Assembly: GCA_965214835.1 (NCBI GenBank)
Contig: CBDCCK010000002.1
Coordinates: forward strand, 736,001 to 800,000
DNA length: 64,000 bases
Direction of reading: 5' to 3'
Origin: Nitrosopumilaceae archaeon
GTDB lineage: Archaea; Thermoproteota; Nitrososphaeria; Nitrososphaerales; Nitrosopumilaceae
The notes under the pieces are model-generated. The model saw only the letters and a list, made by a program, of their open reading frames with translations, did not search any database and had not been told where the DNA came from. A program made the position numbers and the translations under genes. Positions 10,377 through 19,287 of this stretch are shown piece after piece; position 1 is the first letter of the stretch, and every line of letters starts with the position of its first letter.

Positions 10377-10532
10377 TGGGACTGGTAAGTTAACGGGAGT
10401 TGATTTCTCTTGGAAAACATCGGGAGCTGGTATGGGCGTTCTGGATTATCGTCTTCCATTTATTCTCGCCCTGAACCCTGATTCTGGCCCTGTCTGCCGC
10501 TGTGTCGCCGTCAAGACCCTGATGCGGCCTGT
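10377..10532 (-). mobile_element. 3' end remnant of an IS6-like transposase with its element end
   Basis: PHQGLDGDTAADRARI..GENKWKTIIQNA, near-identical to 31514-31737; followed by TTAACTTACCAGT. Confidence 0.75.
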
Positions 10533-10719
10533 GCGGTCGTGTTGCCAGGCAGCACGGAGCGCACCGCCAGGATTCTGGTGTATGCCCTGTTATTCTTCTC
10601 GGCATGCATGGCATCCGTGAGGATTTTCGTCTTGTCCATACCAAGGGGCCGTGGCGGAGATCCATAAACCTTCACAGGGCGTGCAATCAGGCGAAATTTT
10701 CAATGATCGTCAGTATGGA

Positions 10720-11202
10720 TTATCTGATTGTGTTTTGTAATTCAGGAAATATGTCGGCGTACATCATGGTGTATTTGTTACCATCTTCAATTATTTCTGC
10801 CTCTTGAAAGTCAGGTTGCAGATAGAACTCTTTTGCCTCTTTTGTAAATAATACAATGTATCTGCATCCTATCTGTTTGGCAATTTTTCTTGCCAATCCA
10901 CTACACCACAATAAAACATATTCGCCAAAACCGCACCTTCTTGATGGCTTGTCTATGCAAAATTCTTGAATGATCACTGCTGGAAAAAATGAGCCATCTC
11001 TGCTTCTGGGTCTTGCTTTTTTAAATATGTGATTTTTGTGTATGCTTGATGTCGACAGCGTTATGTAACCAATTGGTTTTCTTTTGTACCTTATCACATA
11101 TGTAGTACCGAGATGCTTTTCTTGCATGCCCACTGCATCCTTGTCTATGAATCTTTGAAGTCTCTGAGTATCTTTGCCGTAGTCATCAGTACGTCCAGAC
11201 AT
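10720..11202 (-). CDS. GNAT acetyltransferase, toxin-like (5' end may be frameshifted)
   Basis: IGYITL, FPAVIIQEFCIDKPSRRCGFG, IGCRYIVL, FY. Confidence 0.75.
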   Translation of the reverse strand: MSGRTDDYGKDTQRLQRFIDKDAVGMQEKHLGTTYVIRYKRKPIGYITLSTSSIHKNHIFKKARPRSRDGSFFPAVIIQEFCIDKPSRRCGFGEYVLLWCSGLARKIAKQIGCRYIVLFTKEAKEFYLQPDFQEAEIIEDGNKYTMMYADIFPELQNTIR

Positions 11203-11305
11203 AGTTTATGTCTTTTTGAAAGTTGACTATAATACATCTCGTGTGGATCGACTCTAAACCTAATGCTTTCTGACAACATGTAACTTTAGAGAATTAGATC
11301 TTTAA

Positions 11306-11473
11306 TTATTTTTTTGCAGTTCGTTTCTTTACTACTTTCTTACAGCGATCCTTGTAATATTCGTCTGCTCTTTTGAAGAATTCAATCTCTTTTTTTGTAG
11401 CCTTGCGCCTCATATATTTGTCAAAGTTCTCGGCATTCTTGCCTTCCAGTACGATTGGTTTGTTTGGAATCAT
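11306..11473 (-). CDS. Small basic protein, putative antitoxin of the GNAT
   Basis: Own translation: MIPNKPIVLEGKNAENFDKYMRRKATKKEIEFFKRADEYY..., 55 aa, upstream of the GNAT on the same strand. Confidence 0.55.
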   Translation of the reverse strand: MIPNKPIVLEGKNAENFDKYMRRKATKKEIEFFKRADEYYKDRCKKVVKKRTAKK

Positions 11474-11947
11474 TCTTGACTTTCTCCTCTCACGGATGGA
11501 ATACTGGCAAAACTCCTTATTAACCCAGTCTTAGAATTCCTGCTCGGGTTGCTAAGATTGGCTTTATTGACAAAAACCGATCTACTTTTCCCCATTGCAA
11601 GACATACAGTTGGGAATACTATAAGCATTGCCTAAACTGCACCCTGGCTACGGCGGGGGTGTTTTTATCATGTGTTCAACAAACTAGATTTTTTGCACGG
11701 AAACTTTTGCGTGTTGCTATAGATCATATGCATAGTCAAGGACAAAAAGATCCGACCATTTTCAAACCAAATCCGTGCCTCTGATTGGCTAAAAATGAGC
11801 GGATCATTATGGCCGGCACTACGCGTGTTCAATCGAACTGCCATAATTCCTTACGTCTATTCCATCTGATCCATTTTGGTCGTCAAATTTAACGCAATTT
11901 ACGCGACTGGCCATGCTTATTATTAATATTTTTATTCAATTTAAATT

Positions 11948-13570
11948 GTAAGAGTTTACCCCTCATCCGTATAATTTAGATTGAGCACAAGGCCAATTTT
12001 TGATCACCATCTGGATCCATATGCATCCAGATCACACCTGTATTCATTGCCTGATTCAGAGACCAAGATACTACGCGACGAGTTGGCCCGCACCATAGCC
12101 GAATTAGGCAGGAAGGACAGGATCATCGCAGACAAGGATCAGACGATAACCATGCTTGTCGAACAGATGGCCGAGTCCTCGGTGACAATCGTGATGCAGG
12201 CATCACAGATCAGCTGGTACAGGCAAAAGGGACCAGAGGGGGTAGCAGCATCTGAGGCGCAGACTGCCGAACTGAAAGCAGAAAACCAGCAGCTCAGACA
12301 GCACATCAAATATTACGAAAACCCGCACACCCCATCCTCGCAGAACTCGATTCCGACCAAGCAGAAAAAGACTGCTGCTGCAAAGGCATCAGGCAACGTA
12401 CCGGCATCTGCAAAGGCAAAGCCGGGCCGCAGGCAGGGACACGAGGGGATATCACACAAGAGAATGCCGACCGAATTTGTAAAGCACTGCCCCAAAAAGT
12501 GCGGCAAGTGCGGCAGCACCAACATGAAGAAGCCGAAAAAGATCTTCTCCAAACTTGTGACCGATACCCCCAGGAGGCCCGAGCCGGTCACGACACAGCA
12601 CACCGCATACAGGCGCAAATGCGCCGACTGCGGCAACATGTGCATCGAAGACGACAGGTCATGGAACGTGCCGGGAACCGAGTTTGGACCAAACATCACG
12701 GGGATGATGGCCGCAATACGCGTGGCACCTGCCTCCATACAGGCCACGGCCACACTGTGCTCAGAAATCCTGGGCATGGACGTCTCAGAGGCAGGCGTGC
12801 TGCAGTGCCTGAGGGCCGGTGCCAATGCGATAAAGCCCAGCGTAGAGGGCATCAAGCAGGCCATCAAGGATTCTGATTATCTGCATATTGACGAGACTGC
12901 CATGCCATACAACGGCAGGACGGCCCGCATATGGGTAATAGTAGGCAGGAACAAGGACGGCACCACAACCGGCGTCCACACGCTGGCCGCACCCAGTAGA
13001 GGCAGGGCCGTAGTTGACATGAACTTTCCGTATTATGACAAACCGGTCACAGTCGACGGGTACGGCGTATACGCCGCATTCAAGACCAGGCAGTGGTGCT
13101 GGGCCCACATACTCCGGGAGGCCAGGGAGGCCTGCAAGGCTTCTAGGCAGGCCCACGCGCTGTATGTGGCCCTTAAGAAAAAGTTCATCCATGCCAAGGG
13201 GCTGGGGCCGCCGGAGGAGGGCGCCGCCCGGCACGACATGCTGGTGGCAGAAACGCGCGGGCTGGCCGAGGCATTCGGCATGGAGGCCGGATGCGAGAGC
13301 TTTGCCACAAAGCTTGGGAACGCCTCGGAATACTTGTACACGTTCACATTGCATCCTGGCATGGAGCCCACCAACAACCTGGCCGAGCGCATGCTGAGGC
13401 CGTCCGTAATTGCGCGCAAGGTATTCCAGGGACTCCGTACCATGGAAGGCATGGAGATGTTCACCGTATTGATGACGTGCGCGATGAACTGGCGCGCCCG
13501 GGGGTGCGGCGTGAGGGAAATGCTCGTCAAGACCCTGACTGGCAGCGTCGCCTGAGGGGTAAACTCATAC
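11948..13570 (+). mobile_element. IS66-family (single-ORF, ISBst12-like) insertion sequence
   Basis: TIR GTAAGAGTTTACCCCTCA / TGAGGGGTAAACTCATAC (17/18); direct repeat ATTTAAATT on both flanks. Confidence 0.92.
11981..13555 (+). CDS. IS66-family transposase
   Basis: NPHTPSS, KPGRRQGHEG, Zn ribbon, HIDET, VDGYGVY, CWAHILRE, PTNNLAERMLR. Confidence 0.92.
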   Translation: MSTRPIFDHHLDPYASRSHLYSLPDSETKILRDELARTIAELGRKDRIIADKDQTITMLVEQMAESSVTIVMQASQISWYRQKGPEGVAASEAQTAELKAENQQLRQHIKYYENPHTPSSQNSIPTKQKKTAAAKASGNVPASAKAKPGRRQGHEGISHKRMPTEFVKHCPKKCGKCGSTNMKKPKKIFSKLVTDTPRRPEPVTTQHTAYRRKCADCGNMCIEDDRSWNVPGTEFGPNITGMMAAIRVAPASIQATATLCSEILGMDVSEAGVLQCLRAGANAIKPSVEGIKQAIKDSDYLHIDETAMPYNGRTARIWVIVGRNKDGTTTGVHTLAAPSRGRAVVDMNFPYYDKPVTVDGYGVYAAFKTRQWCWAHILREAREACKASRQAHALYVALKKKFIHAKGLGPPEEGAARHDMLVAETRGLAEAFGMEAGCESFATKLGNASEYLYTFTLHPGMEPTNNLAERMLRPSVIARKVFQGLRTMEGMEMFTVLMTCAMNWRARGCGVREMLVKTLTGSVA

Positions 13571-13618
13571 ATTTAAATTGAAATAATCCATAAAAAATAA
13601 ACTTGGCAGAACTAGGCA

Positions 13619-14203
13619 ATGACTAGAACAACGACAACCATGCTGTTGGGCATCATAGCAGCATTGGCGATAGGTATCACTGCACCGGCATACGCAAATC
13701 ATGGCACGGGTAGCGGGTATTGGTCGGACGGAAGCGTCACGTACCATTGCATGGACTCGTTAGACGATTTGAGCACAACTTCAAACGTCGACCCGTGCAG
13801 CGACATTGCCGAAGCTGTAGAGGCATGGAACGATGTAGATTCCTCGTTCGAATTAAGCGAAGTTCAAAGCAACGGCGAATCGACGTACGGCGCACAGAAC
13901 TTGGCATCATATGTCCGGGGAGTCAACTCAAACACCGTTTCAAACTCGGGCGGTTCAACAATGACGTATGCAGACATATCCTTCAACACGGATCACACGT
14001 GGGCCGACAGGGTCGGCGGCGATTGGTGGAAGGTCTGGCTTTGCCATGACTTCATAAGCGTGGCGACGCACGAATCAGGACATACGGTAAGGCTGACACA
14101 TGATTCAGCCTCAACGCTGATGAAAGGCTCACACAGTTGCGGCGAGGTTTACCGTACACTGTCAGATCACGACGAGGCCGCCGTGGAGGCAAAATACCCA
14201 TGA
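13619..14203 (+). CDS. Secreted matrixin-like (metzincin) metalloprotease
   Basis: Signal peptide (..PAYA), EAVEAWN, ADISFN, VATHESGHTVRLTH, STLM Met-turn. Confidence 0.75.
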   Translation: MTRTTTTMLLGIIAALAIGITAPAYANHGTGSGYWSDGSVTYHCMDSLDDLSTTSNVDPCSDIAEAVEAWNDVDSSFELSEVQSNGESTYGAQNLASYVRGVNSNTVSNSGGSTMTYADISFNTDHTWADRVGGDWWKVWLCHDFISVATHESGHTVRLTHDSASTLMKGSHSCGEVYRTLSDHDEAAVEAKYP

Positions 14204-14766
14204 CTTCCAAAAAGATAGCAATCCCATTACTGGTTGTTGCTGTTTTGATACCGGCAGTTTTGGTGTTTGTCAATTCTGATGCAGGACTACAGGCAAACGA
14301 GACGATCGTCACGACTGTAAGCCTTGACGAGGACACGTTGGATTTTGCCACGCTGACAGGGGGTAGCGACTTGATAATTGAGGGGAACATTTTGCATTCG
14401 CACGTGTTCACGAAACCCGTACACGATGACCAGGCATTCCCTGACATATACACGAAATACGAGATCAAGGTTGCAAACGTTCTGAAAGGCGAGACCGATC
14501 AGGACACAGTCACAATCGTGACCCACGGAGGCGAATTCAACGACCGGATTTCCGTGACGGAGGCGGTGCCGATCAAGGATACCGATACAGTGATCCTGTT
14601 TCTGGAAAAGAACGGAGCCCACTACACAGATACAGAAGACTACAATCCGATTGCACCGATACAAGGCGTGTTTCTCGTAAAAGACGACATCGTGAAATCC
14701 GGCGCATACAGTGACGTCGGCAAGTCAGATCTTATAGACGCAATCGACACAGCCAAACAAAACTAA
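14200..14766 (+). CDS. Secreted or membrane-anchored protein, TIMP/NTR-like OB fold suspected
   Basis: ATGA overlap with the protease stop; N-terminal hydrophobic helix; SDLIIEGNI..YTKYEIKVANVLKG..VILFL. Confidence 0.6.
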   Translation: MTSKKIAIPLLVVAVLIPAVLVFVNSDAGLQANETIVTTVSLDEDTLDFATLTGGSDLIIEGNILHSHVFTKPVHDDQAFPDIYTKYEIKVANVLKGETDQDTVTIVTHGGEFNDRISVTEAVPIKDTDTVILFLEKNGAHYTDTEDYNPIAPIQGVFLVKDDIVKSGAYSDVGKSDLIDAIDTAKQN

Positions 14767-14771
14767 CCACA

Positions 14772-14788
14772 CCCTTTTCTTTTTTTTG
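14772..14788 (+). terminator. Oligo-T archaeal terminator
   Basis: Pyrimidine/T run a few bases after the stop at 14766. Confidence 0.5.
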
Positions 14789-14900
14789 TACCCATGCTTG
14801 TAAAAAATGTCTTGAAAGCTCTATTTCACCCCAGATGTCACGGTGTCATTCCGCTAGATACCACGACGTGCCTGATTGAAAACGACATGAAGCAACACTA

Positions 14901-16616
14901 GACCTTATGCGTAAACGAAATTAGCGGCGATGCCCCCGGCGCACGGGCTACAAATGAGGCAAGTCAGGGCCGGCGCACGCGCGACTGTACCTTACAACGT
15001 TGAAAATATTTGATCAAAACCACAACTATTTTCAGACGATTGATTTAGATCCGGGATCCATTCTCGCATAAGAGTAATGGCAAAGTCCGAGACCGAGCAG
15101 ATACGACTGCTGAAGAAGAGAATCGAGCAGTACGAGAAGGAGAAGGTACAGGACAGGAAGGAGAAGGCGCGGGACAAAAAGAAGATCAAGAAGTATGAGA
15201 AGAGGATCAAGAGGCACGAGAAGAAGAGCAGGCAGGACAGGAAGGAGAAGGCGCGGGACAGGACGGAGAGGATGCAGTACAGGAAGGAGATCAGAGAGTA
15301 CGAGAAGAAGAGCAGGCAGGACGGCAGGAGGCAGGAGCGGGATCAGGAGAGGATAGGGCAGCTGGAACAGCAGCTGGACGCCGAGCGCCGGATGTGGCCC
15401 GCAACCTGGGATGACGACAGGCGCTCCGCGGACAACGCCGCCCTCATGCACAGGCTCGAGGTGCTCGATGACATAATCGGTGGCGGGTCCCTGCAGCCCA
15501 CCACGTCGATGAACCTCCGCCAGTTTGACTACATATATGACCGGTTTACGAAGCTTGCCAAAAAGCACACAGAAGGCCCCCTGTTCTCAGAAGACGAGGA
15601 CAACTTGCCCGGAAACCGGTGCAAGCTGTCCTACCGCCACGCCCTGCTGATGTCGCTGATGCGCAAGTACGGAAACCCGACACAGGAGCAGCTTGCGGCA
15701 TTCTTTGGCATAGACCAGAGCACCGTATGCAGGTACCTCAGGTATTGCGACATGATATTCACCAAGATACTGCCCACGCCGGACGCCGTATCGCGAAAGA
15801 TACGAAACGCCCGCACGATCAAGGAAGTCAAGAAGATCGTCCCGGATCTGACCGTGATTGTAGACGGCACGCACATCGACATACAGCGCCCCACAGACAA
15901 GGAGCCAAGAAAGGAGGCATACTCTGGCAAGAAGAAGAGCTTTACGCGCAACACCCAGGTGATTGCCGACAAGAAGGGACTGGCGATGTATGCAAGCAAG
16001 TCGGCGCCCGGAAGCACGCACGACCTCACCATGATAAAGAACAACCCACCGGATCTGGGAATCCTGACTGCCAGGATGCGCAGCAACAGAAAGCACCCCG
16101 AGGACGAGAAGGTAAAGATGTTCTCTGATCTGGGATACATGGGAATCGAGGAGGTGTATCCCGGGGCCACATCCGTGCAGCCCGACAAGAAGCCAAGGAA
16201 AGGCAAGCTTACAAAGAAACAGAAAGCGCAGAACAGGAGGATAAGCAGCAAGAGGGTGACAGTAGAGCACGCCATAGGACGGATAAAGCAGTACAAGCGG
16301 ATGCGTGATCCGTACGACGGGACCGCCGAGGAGTTCGACAGGGAGTTCCAGGTGACGGCCGGGCTTGCCAACTTTAGGCTGCTGTGGGACAAGCGGAACA
16401 AGAAGCTCATGCATGGGTTCTGATACCACGATACGGAGCGCATTGCGGCGCCACACGATGCCGCACGACATTGTCGTTTTTACCAGCTGTAATGGCTCGT
16501 AGCTACACTATATACGGACTGTGCCGCCCTCATGCACGTCATGTGATGCCGTCAGCCTTGCATGTATGGCCGGTCACCGTCGGAATATTTCGATCCGGTC
16601 GATTACGCATAAGGTC
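14901..16616 (+). mobile_element. Apparently intact IS5-family (ISL2/PIF-like) element
   Basis: TIR GACCTTATGCGTAA / TTACGCATAAGGTC, TA duplication. Confidence 0.9.
15077..16423 (+). CDS. IS5-family DDE_Tnp_4 transposase with a long charged N-terminus
   Basis: HTH (QEQLAAFFGIDQSTVCR), IVDGTH..QRP, YSGKKK, PGSTHD, SDLGY, RVTVEHAIGRIK. Confidence 0.92.
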   Translation: MAKSETEQIRLLKKRIEQYEKEKVQDRKEKARDKKKIKKYEKRIKRHEKKSRQDRKEKARDRTERMQYRKEIREYEKKSRQDGRRQERDQERIGQLEQQLDAERRMWPATWDDDRRSADNAALMHRLEVLDDIIGGGSLQPTTSMNLRQFDYIYDRFTKLAKKHTEGPLFSEDEDNLPGNRCKLSYRHALLMSLMRKYGNPTQEQLAAFFGIDQSTVCRYLRYCDMIFTKILPTPDAVSRKIRNARTIKEVKKIVPDLTVIVDGTHIDIQRPTDKEPRKEAYSGKKKSFTRNTQVIADKKGLAMYASKSAPGSTHDLTMIKNNPPDLGILTARMRSNRKHPEDEKVKMFSDLGYMGIEEVYPGATSVQPDKKPRKGKLTKKQKAQNRRISSKRVTVEHAIGRIKQYKRMRDPYDGTAEEFDREFQVTAGLANFRLLWDKRNKKLMHGF

Positions 16617-16691
16617 TACTGTAAGGAAAACCGCCGACGGCAGACTTGAAAGGCACAACCAAGACGACCCAAATTCACGATCTGTGCATGA

Positions 16692-17231
16692 TCAATTCTT
16701 CTTGCGCGCGTAGATTCTGTCTATTATCACCCCGACTACCACTATTGCCAAACCAACCACCAAGGCACTTGGCAAGTCCAAGATAACGTCAGAATCTGAA
16801 TCCACACCATAATCAGTCTGGACGTTCAATACATGCAACGCTAGCGGCATTAGACCTGTAATGCCGAGCGCCACGAACTTCACACTGCCGCGAAGAATTC
16901 GTTTCAGGAATCTGGCTTCGTCCTTGTTTTGGGTTCCGGGCAGCACCAGCAAACCCTTTGCTATTCTGAAATGCCTGCGCTCTACACCCTTCCTGATAAT
17001 TTTCTTACTGGTGATCTCTAGCAGGCCTATTGATTCCATCTTGTGCAGGTGGTGGACCACCAAGTTGGGGCGAAGTTCAAGATCCCTTGCGATTTCATTG
17101 GCATACATGGTCCGGTCAATCAACGCCTTGATCATTTTGCGACTGGATTCGTTGCCAAGGAGCTCGCCAAGAATCTTCAAGGATTCGTCGGTGGATAAAA
17201 CCTTGATCTCGTCATTTCCTTCTTCGTCCAC
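16692..17231 (-). CDS. ArsR-type winged-helix regulator with two C-terminal TM helices
   Basis: LGNESSRKMIKAL..MYANEIA..L..NLVVHHL.KM...GLL; hydrophobic C-terminus. Confidence 0.8.
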   Translation of the reverse strand: MDEEGNDEIKVLSTDESLKILGELLGNESSRKMIKALIDRTMYANEIARDLELRPNLVVHHLHKMESIGLLEITSKKIIRKGVERRHFRIAKGLLVLPGTQNKDEARFLKRILRGSVKFVALGITGLMPLALHVLNVQTDYGVDSDSDVILDLPSALVVGLAIVVVGVIIDRIYARKKN

Positions 17232-17373
17232 ATCGTTGGGTTGAAACCATGAACCCTAAATACCATTCCACGACCTAATTCAAAGATCGATTGGTCTGGA
17301 GTTGCAGGACTGACCGTCATGACCTGCGAGTTTGAGCAAATTTCAGGCTGTCATGATAACTGATGATGATTTT

Positions 17374-17480
17374 GTGAACTACCAACGACTAAAGCCGTTG
17401 GCTTCCTCGTTCAACGAGCCGGCTTGACCATGGCGATTTGTCATGACCAGAGGCCTTCTCTCCGGAGGCGTGACTTTCCC
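17374..17480 (-). mobile_element. IS200/IS605- or IS607-type right end (TnpB omegaRNA scaffold-like remnant), no tnpB gene
   Basis: Minus strand GGGAAAGTCACGCCT...GGCTCGTTGAACGAGGAAGCCAACGGCTTTAGTCGTTGGTAGTTCAC: terminal hairpin plus TCAC, typical of these ends. Confidence 0.7.
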
Positions 17481-17635
17481 GCGTCCCACAGACAAGGATC
17501 CAAGAAAGGAGGCGTACTCGGGCAAGAAGAAGAGCTTTACGCGCAACGTCCAGGTACTGGCCGACAAGAGGGACCTGACGATGTATGCAAGCGAGTCGGC
17601 TCCCGGAAGCGCGCACGACCTCACCATGATAAGGG
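17481..17635 (+). pseudogene. Internal fragment of the IS5-like transposase
   Basis: RPTDKDPRKEAYSGKKKSFTRN...PGSAHDLTMI, homologous to ~15885-16040. Confidence 0.85.
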
Positions 17636-19044
17636 ACAACTCGCTTTCTACGCTGCCCCTGCGGCAGATAATTCCGGATGATGACGCCAACTGGCTGAAC
17701 CAGACAGACAACGACTTTGATGAATTGGTTCCAGTCATAGATACGGATGGCGGAACTTCGCTGTTTAGGACACTGTTGATGGGATCAACGTCAGGTCGAG
17801 ACGAGTGGGTATGTGACTTTACTAAATCATCACTTCAGAGCAAGATGAAATACTTTGCTAAATTTTACAATGACACAATTAAAAAATATAATGAAGAGAA
17901 ACTAGATGGTGATCTAAAAGACTGGGTGGATAAGAAGATCAAATGGGGTAGGGAAATTATTAAACGATTGAAGCATGGAGATGAAATAGTCTACTCTGAC
18001 ACCAACATCAAAAATCTACTGTATAGACCGTTTGTATTAAAATTTCATTATTTTGATAGGATAATAGTCGATTATCAAAGAAAGTTCCCACAAATTTTTA
18101 AAGATAACAACCCAAACAAAATCATTTGTTTTGTAAACCCGCAAAATAATTCAACATTCCAAACCTTGGCAACTAATCAGATTGCAGAATATCATCTAAC
18201 TGACACGACACAATGTATTCCGCTTCATACATACGATATGGATAATTACAGTTCCAGCAATGTGACAGAATCTGGACTAGAACTATTCCAAAAACATTAC
18301 AAGGACAAAACGATAACTGATGAAGACATATTCTACTACACCTACGCCATCTTCAGCGATCCAAAATACTCTGGCAAATACAAGTTTAACCTGCAGCGCA
18401 AATTTCCGCGAATCCCGCTGGCTGAGAATTTCAGGGAGTGGGTGAGGATAGGTCAGAGGCTGTACATCCTGCATACGGAGTTTGAGGATGCAGAGCCTTA
18501 CGCGTTGCACAGAATAGACAAAAAAACCCGCAAAAATGGCACCAAGCTAAGACTGAAAAAATCCGACGAAAACCAATCTGTGATAATAATAGATGAGCAG
18601 ACCGTCCTTGACGGTGTCCCAAGCCAGGCTTTGGAATACAAGCTCGGTTCAAAGTGTGCACTGGAGTGGATTCTGGAGTTCTACAAGGAATCAAAGAACG
18701 TCATAAAAGAAAAGTCATGCGATGATCCCGCAATACGCGAGAGATTCAACACGTACAGGTTTGCAGACCACAAGGAGCATGTCATAGACCTGCTGCAAAG
18801 GGTTACCACGGTCTCGGTAGAGACAGTGAAGCTGCAGCGAGAACTCGAAAGAATGCCCTGGGGGGAACAGCCAAAACCATACCTTGGAAAATCTGACGTC
18901 AGTGTCGACAAGGCAACGAAAAAACCGCAAATGAGGAAATCCAAACAGCCCAAAAAGCCAAAAGTCGCAAAGAAGAACAGAAGGAAATCCGGGCTCCAGG
19001 ACACGCTTGACGGATCCGGGCAGAAAAGGCTGTTTGGGAACTAG
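17633..19044 (+). pseudogene. Orphan C-terminal (specificity) part of a Type ISP-like methyltransferase, cassette A
   Basis: DNSLSTL..WLNQTDNDF..LYRPF..FPRIP..CALEWILEFYKE..GQKRLF; open frame; paralogue of 27371-30565. Confidence 0.85.
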
Positions 19045-19126
19045 GCCACGGCAGAGTCACATACAGCCCAGCTCCCTAAGTTAACGCCAGAAACCCCTAA
19101 CTTAACACCCCGCTGAAAAGCCCCGA

Positions 19127-19164
19127 AGATTTACCAGAGTACTAAACTGTACTCTGGTAAATCT
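19127..19164. repeat. Perfect 16-bp inverted repeat with a 6-bp spacer (left border site)
   Basis: AGATTTACCAGAGTAC-TAAACT-GTACTCTGGTAAATCT. Confidence 0.95.
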
Positions 19165-19287
19165 CCGAGAGTTTTCAGAGACCTGTTAAATTAGGGTGCT
19201 GGGGTGTTAAATTAGAGTGTTAGAGACGTCGGCAAGAACAAACGATTGATGGCACGCTACAAGCGTTGGCTTCGGGAATGTTGAAGG

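Noticed and set aside
17443-19044. A genuine transposase-TRD fusion protein
   Set aside because: The N-terminus is a patchwork of an IS605-type end and an internal IS5 fragment lacking most of the catalytic core; best explained as a deletion junction
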